Shown: one piece after another, positions 41,396 through 51,499 of the stretch
Layout of the letters: the number at the start of each line of letters is the position of its first letter
Position numbering within the stretch: position 1 is the stretch's first letter
From: Opitutales bacterium
GTDB taxonomy: Bacteria; Verrucomicrobiota; Verrucomicrobiia; Opitutales; PNEW01
Reading direction: 5' to 3'
NCBI GenBank assembly: GCA_965197745.1
Contig: CBDANS010000006.1
Coordinates: 1,344,001-1,408,000, forward strand
Length of the DNA stretch: 64,000 nucleotides
Notes under the pieces: generated by a model
What the model was told of the DNA's origin: nothing
The model's database searches: none
The model's input: the letters and a program-made list of their open reading frames with translations, nothing else
Position numbers and translations under genes: made by a program

Positions 41396-43444
41396 ATGGA
41401 GATAAAAATCATCGAGCGATTTCGGGGACTTGTTGTTTTTTCCCTGGTTCTCATGATTTTCAACCCGTTCGGCTGCTCACAGGATATACCATCAACAGAA
41501 TCACACGCACCTGAAGTAACTCAACCCGATTCCGTCAGTACCGAGGGGTTCAGTTTTATTTATAAGGGTCCCATTCCCACCACTTTCAGCGAAGCGCCGG
41601 AACTGGCAAGACGCGTTGCCGCGGGGGAGTTACCTCCGGTGGACAATCGTCTGCCAAAAGAGCCGTTGATTGTTCCCACCATTGAACGCATCGGCCAATA
41701 CGGTGGCACCTGGCGGCGTGCATTCTCGGGTCGCGCCGATCATAACAACTTCGACCGCATAATGCATGACCACTTGATTTACTTTGATTTTGATGGCTAT
41801 ACCCTGATGCCCCATATCGCGAAAGCATGGGAAGTCAGTGAAGACGGGACAACCTTCACTTTCCATCTGCGTCAGGGGATGAAGTGGTCTGATGGAGCGC
41901 CGTTTACAGCCGATGACTTTGTCTTCGCCTTCGAAGACGTGAACCTGAATGAAAATATAAACCCGGTTGTTCCCGCCTACTATAAAATCGATGGGCAACT
42001 GTGCAAAGTGGAAAAGTTAGATGAGACTACGATTCGCTATACCTTTGATAAACCAAACTTTGTCTTCATTGAAAAGGTGGGGGGATTAATTACTGGGGGC
42101 CAATTCAGTTCCCTGGGGATTAATTGTCTCTATGCACCCCGGCATTATTTAAAACAGTTTCTCCCGAAGTATACCCCCTTGAGTGATCTGAAAAAAAGGG
42201 TGAAGATCAACGGTGATAAGAGTTGGGTGCAGCTCTTCAAACGCATGGCTTCACCCCACGAGAATGCTGAACTCCCGGTTATCGGTCCCTGGAAAATGGT
42301 CACACCGATAACGAGTGAAGTTTACACCTTGGAACGCAACCCCTACTACTTTGCCGTCGATCCCAAGGGAAATCAGCTTCCCTATATAGACAGGATTGCA
42401 AGCCACCTGGTTGAACAAATCGAGTTGCTCAATGCCCGTGTCATTGCCGGTGAAGTGGACATGCAGCACCGTCATGTCCTCTTGGACAAGGTTCCGGTTC
42501 TCATGCGGGAAGCAGACAAAGGCAATTACCGCGTGCGTTTCTGGCCAAATTTAGGTGGTTCTGAATCGATCATCTATTTTAATCAAACCTGGCAGGGAGA
42601 CCCGGAAATTGAAAAGTGGCTGAGAAACCGCGATTTTCGGATTGCCCTCTCTCTGGCCATTGATCGTGACGAGATAAATGAATCGATATTTTTGGGCATT
42701 GGTCAGCCCAGGGCCTTCGTGGCCGTGCCGAATAACCCCTATTATCCGGGACCGGAGTACGAGAATAAGTATGCGGTGCGTGACCTGGAAGAATCCAACG
42801 CGATACTTGACAGGCTCGGTCTGGATAAAAAAGACAGCAAAGGTTTTCGCCTGCGCGCCGACGGTAAAGGGCGTGTGATTATTTCGCTATCCGTGCTGAG
42901 TCAGGCGATGGTAAATTTTGAAGGTATCGCTGAACTTCTCGCGAACCACTGGAAGGATGTTGGCATATATGTACATGTACGAGTTGAAGAGCGAAGTTAT
43001 TATGGTAAACGTGCAACTACAAACGAACATCAACTTAGCATGTGGGTTTCCGGCGGTTCTGAAAACCCGTGGACTTACCCCGATATGACCATACCGGGTA
43101 ACAGTGCTTTCGCGCCACTCATCGGTCGCTGGAAATTAACTAAAGGTCGAGAGGGGGTAGCGCCTACCGGGAATCTCCTTCGGTTGCTGGAAATTTACGA
43201 GGAGGGCGGTAAGCTGCCTAAAGAATTACGATCTGAGCTGGGAAAAGAATTATGGAAAATTCATGTGGACAACCTTTATGTTATTGGCACGGTAGGGCAA
43301 TCTCCGGCTATGAATGGCGTTGTCGTGATAAAAAATAATTTCCGCAATGTTCCCGACGTCGCGCCAAACAGCGCGCCATTGCAGAATCCGGGTATTGCCA
43401 GAACCGAACAATTCTTTTTTGATAGCAGCCCGACAAAGTACTGA
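41396..43444 (+). CDS. ABC transporter substrate-binding protein (family 5)
   Basis: EAPELA..LPPVDNRLP, KWSDGAPFTADD, ERNPYY and ALSLAIDR motifs; lipoprotein. Confidence 0.93.
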   Translation: MEIKIIERFRGLVVFSLVLMIFNPFGCSQDIPSTESHAPEVTQPDSVSTEGFSFIYKGPIPTTFSEAPELARRVAAGELPPVDNRLPKEPLIVPTIERIGQYGGTWRRAFSGRADHNNFDRIMHDHLIYFDFDGYTLMPHIAKAWEVSEDGTTFTFHLRQGMKWSDGAPFTADDFVFAFEDVNLNENINPVVPAYYKIDGQLCKVEKLDETTIRYTFDKPNFVFIEKVGGLITGGQFSSLGINCLYAPRHYLKQFLPKYTPLSDLKKRVKINGDKSWVQLFKRMASPHENAELPVIGPWKMVTPITSEVYTLERNPYYFAVDPKGNQLPYIDRIASHLVEQIELLNARVIAGEVDMQHRHVLLDKVPVLMREADKGNYRVRFWPNLGGSESIIYFNQTWQGDPEIEKWLRNRDFRIALSLAIDRDEINESIFLGIGQPRAFVAVPNNPYYPGPEYENKYAVRDLEESNAILDRLGLDKKDSKGFRLRADGKGRVIISLSVLSQAMVNFEGIAELLANHWKDVGIYVHVRVEERSYYGKRATTNEHQLSMWVSGGSENPWTYPDMTIPGNSAFAPLIGRWKLTKGREGVAPTGNLLRLLEIYEEGGKLPKELRSELGKELWKIHVDNLYVIGTVGQSPAMNGVVVIKNNFRNVPDVAPNSAPLQNPGIARTEQFFFDSSPTKY

Positions 43445-43450
43445 AATCAC

Positions 43451-44449
43451 ATGATGACTCAATTAATTCTCCGTCGCATTGCGTGGATGCTGATAATGAC
43501 CGTGGGAATATCCGTCGTTTCCTTTTTCATTATTCAGCTCCCACCGGGTGATTTTCTCGATGCTCACATTGCTCATCTTCAAAATCAAGGGGACAGTGTC
43601 AGCCTGGAAGTTATCGAAAATCTAAGGAGACAGTACGGTTTGGATAAGCCCTTACACATACAATATTTTAAAATGGTTAAGGGTATGCTTCATGGAGACT
43701 TTGGTTGGTCTTTCAGTTATGAGCGTCCCGCAACCGAACTTATTGGCGAACGCCTCCTGCTTACGATCATTCTCACCCTTACCTCAATGCTCTTCACCTA
43801 TATGCTGGCCATTCCTATCGGTATTTATTCGGCCGTGAATCAATATTCGATCAGTGATTACACCTTCACCTTCTTCGGATTTATCGGTCTGGCCGTGCCC
43901 AATTTCCTGCTCGCTCTCGTGCTCATGTACTTTGCCTACTCCGTGTTTGGCCTCAGCATCGGCGGGCTTTTTTCACCCGAATACATAGTAGCGCCCTGGA
44001 GTCTGGCGCGCGTCTGGGATTTATGTAAGCATCTCTGGATACCCGCCATCGTCTTAGGCGTTGCCGGGACCGCGGGAATAATCCGTGTCATCCGCGCCAA
44101 CCTGCTCGACGAACTTCAGAAACCTTACGTCGTTACCGCACGCGCCAAAGGCTTGCGCGAGTGGAAGCTCATTCTGAAATATCCCGTCCGTATCACCATG
44201 AATCCCGTTCTCAGTACCATCGGCTATATCCTGCCAGTATTAGTCTCGGGCAGTGTGATTGTTTCGGTAGTGCTCAGTCTGCCCACGGTTGGACCCCTGC
44301 TCCTGCGAGCGCTTGTTTCTCAAGACATGTACCTCGCCGGCACCATTGTCCTTTTGCTTGGAGTGCTGACGATAATAGGCACCCTCATTTCTGATATATT
44401 ACTCATTATTTCGGATCCCCGAATCCGTACCGGGGGAAGTGAGTCATGA
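43451..44449 (+). CDS. ABC transporter permease (OppB/DppB-like)
   Basis: QLPPGD, TARAKGL and DPRIR motifs. Confidence 0.93.
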   Translation: MMTQLILRRIAWMLIMTVGISVVSFFIIQLPPGDFLDAHIAHLQNQGDSVSLEVIENLRRQYGLDKPLHIQYFKMVKGMLHGDFGWSFSYERPATELIGERLLLTIILTLTSMLFTYMLAIPIGIYSAVNQYSISDYTFTFFGFIGLAVPNFLLALVLMYFAYSVFGLSIGGLFSPEYIVAPWSLARVWDLCKHLWIPAIVLGVAGTAGIIRVIRANLLDELQKPYVVTARAKGLREWKLILKYPVRITMNPVLSTIGYILPVLVSGSVIVSVVLSLPTVGPLLLRALVSQDMYLAGTIVLLLGVLTIIGTLISDILLIISDPRIRTGGSES

Positions 44450-45585
44450 GCAAGGATTCGACCACAACCGAATTGAATGAAGCGGGAGTCGTTCGCAAAG
44501 ATATCGCCACGCAATGGCAACTGGTGTGGTGGCGGTTCCGCAGTCATAAGATGGCCCTCATCGCATTATACGTCGTCATAATATTATACCTCATTGCCCT
44601 ATTCGCCGAATTTCTGGCCACCGGTGATCCCCACATTACGAATTCCTATTATGCCTACTGTCCCCCGCAATCAATACACTGGTTCGATGATGGAGCCTTC
44701 CGTCCCTACGTGGAGAGCCTCACGGGACGACGTGACCCGGAAACATACGCACGTGTGTATACTTTAGATCCCAACAAGAAATTACCCGTTCATCTCTTCT
44801 CGCATGGAGATCCCTATAAATTCCTGGGATTATTTAAAATGGACTGGCACCTGTTCAGTATTCAGGATGACGGCAGGCGCACCGATATCTTTTGGATCGG
44901 AACAGATGAACTGGGGAGGGATCTCTGGTCCCGTCTTATATACGGGACACGCATCTCCCTTTCGATTGGTCTGGTCGGTGTGGCCTTGAGCCTTCTTCTC
45001 GGTATTACCCTGGGCGGACTGTCCGGTTACCTGGGGGGGGTGGTGGACAACGGTATCCAGCGCTCGATCGAATTCATTCGTTCCATTCCGACGATCCCAC
45101 TCTGGATGGGACTGGCGGCAGCATTACCGAAAGACTGGTCTATCATAAAAATTTATTTCGCGATAACCCTGATAATTTCACTTATCGGTTGGACAGAGCT
45201 TGCCCGCGTGGTGCGTGGAAAGTTTCTTGCGCTGCGGGAAGAAGATTTCGTGATGGCGGCGCGCTTGTGCGGGTGCAGCACGATACGAATAATTTTCCGC
45301 CATATGCTTCCCTCGTTTATGAGCCACATTATTGCGGCTACGACCCTTGCCATCCCCGTTATGATCATCAGCGAAACAGCGCTCAGCTTTTTGGGCCTTG
45401 GCTTGCGCGCGCCAGCCATCAGTTGGGGGGTCCTCCTTCAGCGAGCCCAGAATATACAGACGGTCGCCCTCTATCCCTGGATGATGCTCCCCGCCGGTGC
45501 TGTCATTGTCGCTGTTCTCGCCTTTAACTTTTTAGGGGACGGATTGCGCGACGCGGCGGATCCGTACTCGAGTACATCAAAATAA
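44446..45585 (+). CDS. ABC transporter permease (OppC/DppC-like)
   Basis: GTDELGRD, SFLGLG and GDGLRDAADP motifs. Confidence 0.93.
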   Translation: MSKDSTTTELNEAGVVRKDIATQWQLVWWRFRSHKMALIALYVVIILYLIALFAEFLATGDPHITNSYYAYCPPQSIHWFDDGAFRPYVESLTGRRDPETYARVYTLDPNKKLPVHLFSHGDPYKFLGLFKMDWHLFSIQDDGRRTDIFWIGTDELGRDLWSRLIYGTRISLSIGLVGVALSLLLGITLGGLSGYLGGVVDNGIQRSIEFIRSIPTIPLWMGLAAALPKDWSIIKIYFAITLIISLIGWTELARVVRGKFLALREEDFVMAARLCGCSTIRIIFRHMLPSFMSHIIAATTLAIPVMIISETALSFLGLGLRAPAISWGVLLQRAQNIQTVALYPWMMLPAGAVIVAVLAFNFLGDGLRDAADPYSSTSK

Positions 45586-45887
45586 TCGGTGAACAGCCCA
45601 ACGGATATGCGGGGATGCGTTAATGTGGATATGCGGGATGCGTTAATGCGTGTAAGCGAAAATGCGGAAATGCGAGGGTGACGGCTGATCGCATCCGTTG
45701 GATTTTATTATTAATTGGAAAAATACGGCCACGACGACGCGTGGCCCTCCAGGAATAATGTGATTATGGGATCATGTGTGGATGAGTATAAGCAGAAATG
45801 CGGGAATAAAATAACGCGTTTATAACCTTTACACAAGTTTAATTGTGTGTTATATTTACCCTTAATTAAACCAAAATTAAGGACAAT

Positions 45888-46742
45888 ATGAAAAGTTTCT
45901 ATGAATTCCAAAAGCAATTCCCTAACGATGAAGCATGTTTGCAACGTATTATGGTTGAGCGCTATGGTGGCACAGAGCTTGACTGCCCAAAATGTGACGC
46001 TTTTAGTAAGTTTTATCGCATGACAAGAGATCGTGGATATGTATGCCAACACTGTGGTCATCATCTTTACCCATGTGTTGGAACACTTATGGGGAATACC
46101 CACCTTCCTCTCCATAAGTGGTTCTACGCCATGTATTTGTTTTCTACTTCTCGGCATGGTGTTGCAGCAATGGAACTGAGTCGGCAACTTGACGTGCCAT
46201 ACAAAACCGCATGGCGTATGGCGCACGAAATTCGCAAATATATGGCGGACGTTGACGGTGAAAATACTTTGAAAGGTATTGTAGAAGCCGACGAAATCTA
46301 TATTTGGGGGAGACATTCTGGGGGCAAGCGTGGACGTGGTGCATCTAATAAAACGGTGGTCTTTGGGATGCTTGAACGTAACGGCGAAATAATGACTAAA
46401 ATTGTTCCTAATGTTCGCAAACACGTCCTTCAACCCATTGTTAAAGAAAACGTGAAACAAGGAAGCATAATGCATACTGATGAACTCCGATCTTATAATG
46501 GGATTAATAAAATTGGTTATAGGCATAGAACTGTTAATCACGGGGATGGCGAATATAGTCGGGGAGATATTCATGTTAACGGGATTGAGGGGTTCTGGGC
46601 GCGCTTGAAGCTTTCGATACGCGGGACGCACGTCCACGTTTCGAAGAAGCATCTCCAGAAATATGTGAAGGAGTTTGAATATCGCTACAATCGTCGGGAT
46701 TGGCCGAACGCGATTTTTGGGGATTTGGTCGCAAATCTTTAG
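45888..46742 (+). CDS. IS1595 transposase (Zn ribbon + HTH + DDE, ISXO2-like)
   Basis: CPKC..CQHC, YKTAWRM, EADE, HTDE, NGIEGFW and EFEYRYN motifs. Confidence 0.95.
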   Translation: MKSFYEFQKQFPNDEACLQRIMVERYGGTELDCPKCDAFSKFYRMTRDRGYVCQHCGHHLYPCVGTLMGNTHLPLHKWFYAMYLFSTSRHGVAAMELSRQLDVPYKTAWRMAHEIRKYMADVDGENTLKGIVEADEIYIWGRHSGGKRGRGASNKTVVFGMLERNGEIMTKIVPNVRKHVLQPIVKENVKQGSIMHTDELRSYNGINKIGYRHRTVNHGDGEYSRGDIHVNGIEGFWARLKLSIRGTHVHVSKKHLQKYVKEFEYRYNRRDWPNAIFGDLVANL

Positions 46743-46822
46743 AGCACGCTGCTTTGATCAGTGCATTAAACCTCGCCTGTGATTTAGTTGTCATTTTGAG
46801 TCATTAAGCGTTCTATTTCTGA

Positions 46823-47230
46823 TCATGGTATGGTAACAAAGCAATCAACGAGTAATTGATAAGCTCCTTTCCTCTTACAGCCACGTTTACCACGTACATA
46901 TACTACAGTTCCAACATCGTATGGAGGGCGTTTATAATCTTTTGTAGAGCATTGAATGTCGTATAAAAATTCGCCTTGCATATCTCGAGCAAAAAAGTGA
47001 TCGAGACCATCAATATTCTCAACTCTCAAAACATATATCACATAGTTTTGTTTGAAAACAAAAAGCCACGTTTTTAATTCAGGAATAGCACATAAAAGAA
47101 CACACAAAAGCATCAAACTTGCAAAGCCAAACAATATCATTGTGGACTCCTGGTGGATGTAGAACTCGATAATAAGACCAATCCCGACTCCAAAGCCAAA
47201 CAGGAAACAGTTTCTAAGTCTTTTAACCAC
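46823..47230 (-). CDS. IS passenger: small two-TM membrane protein with soluble C-terminal domain
   Basis: ORF lies inside the IS1595 terminal repeats; two hydrophobic segments. Confidence 0.6.
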   Translation of the reverse strand: MVKRLRNCFLFGFGVGIGLIIEFYIHQESTMILFGFASLMLLCVLLCAIPELKTWLFVFKQNYVIYVLRVENIDGLDHFFARDMQGEFLYDIQCSTKDYKRPPYDVGTVVYVRGKRGCKRKGAYQLLVDCFVTIP

Positions 47231-47285
47231 TTATGTTTCATAATTAATGGTTGTTGTCTTGTGTTAAGGTTATAAACGCGATAGA

Positions 47286-48426
47286 TTGAGATGGCATTGT
47301 AAAAACAGATGTTTATACCTGCGAAGTTATTTAGTATTATTACTAATAGCAGGAATGTCATCTTGCTCTGACTCATCCCAAAAAAACAAAGCGGATCAAA
47401 GGCCAAATATCCTTTTGCTGGTTGCTGATGATCTGGGGGATGCTGATCTTGGGTGTTATGGCGGTGATATCGAAACACCAAATATTGATAATTTAGCCGC
47501 CGCTGGCTTGAGGTTCAGCAGATTTTATACTTCCCCACTCTGCGCTCCTTCAAGAGCAATGCTACTTTCAGGAAATGATAATCACATAGCTGGAATGGGT
47601 AGGCAACACCTCCGCACCAGTGAATTTGGATATGAGGGAATGTTGACAGATCGTGTAGCAACAATTCCACAAGTGCTCAGAAACGCCGGTTACCATACAT
47701 ACATGGCTGGGAAATGGCACCTCGGGATGGACAATCCTCACTTAAAAGGATTTGAACATTCTTTCGTGCTTATTGGAGGTGGAGCAAACCACTATGACGA
47801 CCAGGGGTTCATGGCTGATACGCCCGTTTCATTATATACCGAGGATGGGCAACCTGCTCGCTGGGAAGGAGGTAACTACTCCACTGATTTTTATACCGAC
47901 AAACTCATAGAATACATAGACCGTCATCAAGGAGATCGAAAACCCTTCTTTGCTTATGCTGCATATACGTCACCGCATTGGCCTTTGCAGGTAGATGAAT
48001 CATACTGGAAAAAATATGCAGGTCGTTATGATGACGGCTACGAAGAATTAAAAGAAAGACGGCTGGAAAGTCTCAAAAATGCAGGAATGATACCCGAAGA
48101 CGCAGTCTTACCTCCCAATCATGAAATGGTGAAGCCATGGGATTCCTTGACTGCAGAAGAAATGAAAAAGGAATCTAGAAAAATGGAGCTATACGCAGGA
48201 ATGGTTGATAATCTGGATTTAAATATCGGTAGATTAATACAGCACTTAAAACACATTGGCGAATATGAAAACACCTTGATAGTTTTTATCTCTGATAATG
48301 GAGCTGCCGCCGAAGATTTCTATTACCATGAATATTTTGGCCCATTTATTCGGGAACATTTTAATGATGACTATGAGAGTATGGGAAAACCTAACTCTTT
48401 TATATCCTCTGGTCCTCAATGGGCAG
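47286..48426 (+). pseudogene. Arylsulfatase (AtsA-like) truncated by IS3
   Basis: DDLG, CAPSRAMLLSG, GKWHLG and SDNG motifs; homology stops at GPQWA where the IS3 end begins. Confidence 0.88.
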
Positions 48427-49500
48427 TGGTCGTGACCACGAAAACTGGTCCACTTGAAAAGTTAGTCTGGGACACCTAGAAAGGACTCAGACAATGAAAG
48501 GCAAAAGCTATACAACCGAAGAGAAGATACGGATGCTGCGGCAGGCGGACAAAGGGAAAACGATCCTGGAAGCATGCCGCGAGAACAACATAAGCGAACA
48601 GAGCTTCCACCGCTGGAAGCGTGAGTTTGGGATGATTGATGTCAACCAGGCCAAGCGGATGAAGGAACTCGAGAAGGAGAACGCGCGGTTAAAACGGATG
48701 CTGGCGGACAAGCTGCTGGGGATAGAGATCCTGCAGGAGACGCTTGAAAAAAAATGGTAGATGTCGCTTATGCTCGGTAGTAAGCCCTGGGCACAAGCGG
48801 CAAGTGGCAGAGAGACTTGTGGCTCGGGGCCAGTGTTCGATGCGAGCGGGGTGCCGGTACTTTCGGCTGCACCGTTGCACCTATGCGTATAGGGCCAAGC
48901 AACCGGATGCTTGGTTAATGAAACTGAAGGCGGCAGTAAGGCGGTTATCACGGCAATAGGCGAGGTGGGGCTATCCGAAGATCACGAAGCTGCTGAAGGA
49001 CGAAGGCTGGCAGATGGGTAAACGTCTGCGACGTGATCAGGGCTGGCGATCCCCCCCACGCAAGCCAAGACGCCGGCGCAGGGGTGTCTCCACCGGGCTG
49101 CCGACCAAGGCCGAACATCCCGGCCATGTTTGGACCTGGGATTTTATCCACGATAAGACGGTCCGCGGTGGCAGTTTAAAAATGTTGTCCGTGCTCGATG
49201 AGTAGACCCGCGAGTGCCGGGTGATCCATGTCGATCGCCATATCAATGCGGAGACGGTGCGCGGTCTCATGCAAAAACTGTTCGACTGGCATGGACCTCC
49301 ACCATTTATCCGTAGCGACTATGGATCGGTTCCGAGGGAAGCGCTCATGCTTAAACCAAGAGTGGTTTCTAAGCGTTACCGAAACGCGTGTTGTCATCCA
49401 TGCGTGGAAGCAAAATACAATGCCCAACACCCTCATTGTCGGCTAGGCTTTCTCTGTCTCAACGCTTTTGCCAAACGCTTGCAGGAACTCAATCCAACAG
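48427..49500 (+). mobile_element. Decayed IS3-family element (orfA intact; orfB with stops and deletions; right end not found)
   Basis: Begins TGGTCGTGACCACGAAAACTGGTCCAC; orfA 48494-48760 ends KKW on an A8 run; orfB fragments WTWDF, DE*TREC, RSDYG; right boundary approximate. Confidence 0.85.
48494..48760 (+). CDS. IS3 OrfA
   Basis: YTTEEKI..ISEQSFHRWK..LEKENARLK. Confidence 0.9.
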   Translation: MKGKSYTTEEKIRMLRQADKGKTILEACRENNISEQSFHRWKREFGMIDVNQAKRMKELEKENARLKRMLADKLLGIEILQETLEKKW

Positions 49501-49568
49501 GTCCTGGCTTTAGGTTATGCGCTGAATGTAAGAATCTGGTTAAAGATTAATCAATTAAAATACTATTA

Positions 49569-49904
49569 TTAGGGCCATATTAAAGAATCCCAATTTTTCG
49601 ACTTAGCCAAATTCTCTTCAGCCCATTTTCGTTTCCAAATAGACAGAGAGTATCGAACACCTTTACGCGGTGGTTTAGGGAGGTCTTTAGTAAAATAACC
49701 TACATCTTTCTCAAAGTAAGAGGCAATCTTACATAAATTTTTAAATGTAATATTCTGCTCGCCTCTCTCAACTCTGCCGATGTAGCTGCGATCAAGTTTG
49801 ATTTTTTTGGCTAGTTTCTCTTGTGATACGCCTTTTTGATCCCTGACTAAGCGAATCCTGTCTCCAAGTTCGTATAATGCACGGGTTGGAAGATCTAAAG
49901 CCAT
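49569..49904 (-). CDS. XRE-family HTH regulator, RM controller (C-protein)-like
   Basis: SQEKLA..LDRSYIGRVERGEQNIT. Confidence 0.88.
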   Translation of the reverse strand: MALDLPTRALYELGDRIRLVRDQKGVSQEKLAKKIKLDRSYIGRVERGEQNITFKNLCKIASYFEKDVGYFTKDLPKPPRKGVRYSLSIWKRKWAEENLAKSKNWDSLIWP

Positions 49905-49924
49905 AATTACTGGTTAATTTGTGA

Positions 49925-49935
49925 GACTTATAGTC
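49925..49935. promoter_or_regulatory. C-box-like operator GACT-TAT-AGTC
   Basis: GACTTATAGTC about 20 nt upstream of the XRE start codon; matches the operator motif of C.Esp1396I-type controllers. Confidence 0.65.
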
Positions 49936-50136
49936 CTCTTTTACGTTAGGTTAAAATTTATATATAGGATTCGTAAGTAATTATAGAATAAACATATGTA
50001 TAATATAAATAAATTGATCCCAAGCAGATTAAAAAGCTTTTGATAACATAGTAAGGGCAACTTTTATTAAAATCAAACATAATGAGAGGACCAAAAACCG
50101 CAGAGCTCTGCGGAAATTTAAAACAGGAGATAGAAA

Positions 50137-51012
50137 ATGAAATCAAGGTTAAGACAAACATTTAGAACCAAAAAATATTCAGTGGCACGGTTAACGATGA
50201 TGGCAAAAGACGCGATCAAAAGTGCTGAGGATCATCAACGAAGCGCCATCGATTCTGTCAAGGAAGCCGGGGACTTGCTCATTAAATTAAAAAGCCGTGT
50301 TAAAAAGATACGAGACTCAGATACTGGGAGGTTGATGTATAATTGGGAAGATTGGGTAGTGGGAAACATTGGGATTTCGGCTCGGTCTGCTCAAGATTAT
50401 ATGCAGATTGCTAGAAAGTGGAACAAATTAGCAGAGGAAGCACGAAAGGGTAATCTAAGTAAAGACCGAGCACTGCGAATTCTCCGAGGTAAAGAAGACA
50501 ATCAACCAAGCCCAACACCTGATACTCCAGAGCAACCAGGAATTAGGCTTAGGGGTAAACAATTGAGAATACGTGAAGCTCGGAGAGATCTTAGCAGACG
50601 CATAAATGGATTCATCGGAAGATGCACCGACGATGAAGTGCTATTTTTGGTAGAACAGGATAATATGGAGCTATTGAACAGGGTATTTAAGAAACTGTGT
50701 AATCAAATAAAGCCTATTGCTCCTATATTGGTTAAAGCTGAGGAAAAGCGCAACAACCCACCTGATCATTTACTACATGCAGACTACGAAGAAGATGAAG
50801 GGTATGAGGAGAAGCAGGAATATTTTAAAAAAATAGATTTAAAAATTCTTGAACACTTCAAGCAACGGAATGACTTAACACCATACCAACGCAAACAAAT
50901 ACTAAAAGCAGTTGGTGGAAAAAAAGGATGCCATGGGAAAAGATTGTTAATTGAACATTTAGTATCGCATGAATCAGATAGCCAAAGGGAACGGATTGAT
51001 CAGGCAGCATAA
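50137..51012 (+). CDS. DUF3102-like phage/plasmid protein
   Basis: EAGDLLIKLK..WEDWV..ISARSAQDYMQIA. Confidence 0.7.
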   Translation: MKSRLRQTFRTKKYSVARLTMMAKDAIKSAEDHQRSAIDSVKEAGDLLIKLKSRVKKIRDSDTGRLMYNWEDWVVGNIGISARSAQDYMQIARKWNKLAEEARKGNLSKDRALRILRGKEDNQPSPTPDTPEQPGIRLRGKQLRIREARRDLSRRINGFIGRCTDDEVLFLVEQDNMELLNRVFKKLCNQIKPIAPILVKAEEKRNNPPDHLLHADYEEDEGYEEKQEYFKKIDLKILEHFKQRNDLTPYQRKQILKAVGGKKGCHGKRLLIEHLVSHESDSQRERIDQAA

Positions 51013-51499
51013 AATAACGTAGGTATAAAGATGCTTGAAGTGTCCTGACGAAACGATATTTGGCGGGAATGACGCAGGAAGGCTTTTTTCTGGCACCCAG
51101 AGGACATGAAATGTTTTCCAGGGCATTGTGGTTGTGGGATATGGGCATAGTGCCGTCAGATTTAACTCTTGACGTCGAGGAATCCCTTGGTTATACATGC
51201 CTATGTGTTCTGCCTTACTTAAGGGTAAAACTTCTCTAAGGCCCCAGAGATCGAATTCAAAACTACCTCTAAGTAAGCAGAATGACCCATTCTATAAAAT
51301 GGGCAAGCTACTGGTAATCAATAACCTGAGCATGTCAAGGTTTTAAAAGTAATTAAAAATTAAGATAATAAGTATATAATATAGCTATAGCAGGTGTGGC
51401 AACGGTGCAGATATCTAGACCTGCATCGGGGTACGTTTACTTGATCGCGTGCCCAGCTGCCCAAATTTTTTAAATCGAGATAAAAAGAAAGATCGACAA

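Larger units (their letters stand above)
45815..47280 (+). mobile_element. IS1595-family insertion sequence with passenger gene
   Basis: 23-bp terminal inverted repeats CGCGTTTATAACCTT(T/A)ACACAAG at 45815-45837 and 47258-47280 (22/23). Confidence 0.9.

Noticed and set aside
45711..46652. 313-aa antisense ORF over the IS1595 transposase and other long shadow ORFs (14527-15246, 18702-19481, 10315-10929)
   Set aside because: They overlap well-supported genes on the opposite strand and have no recognisable motifs.
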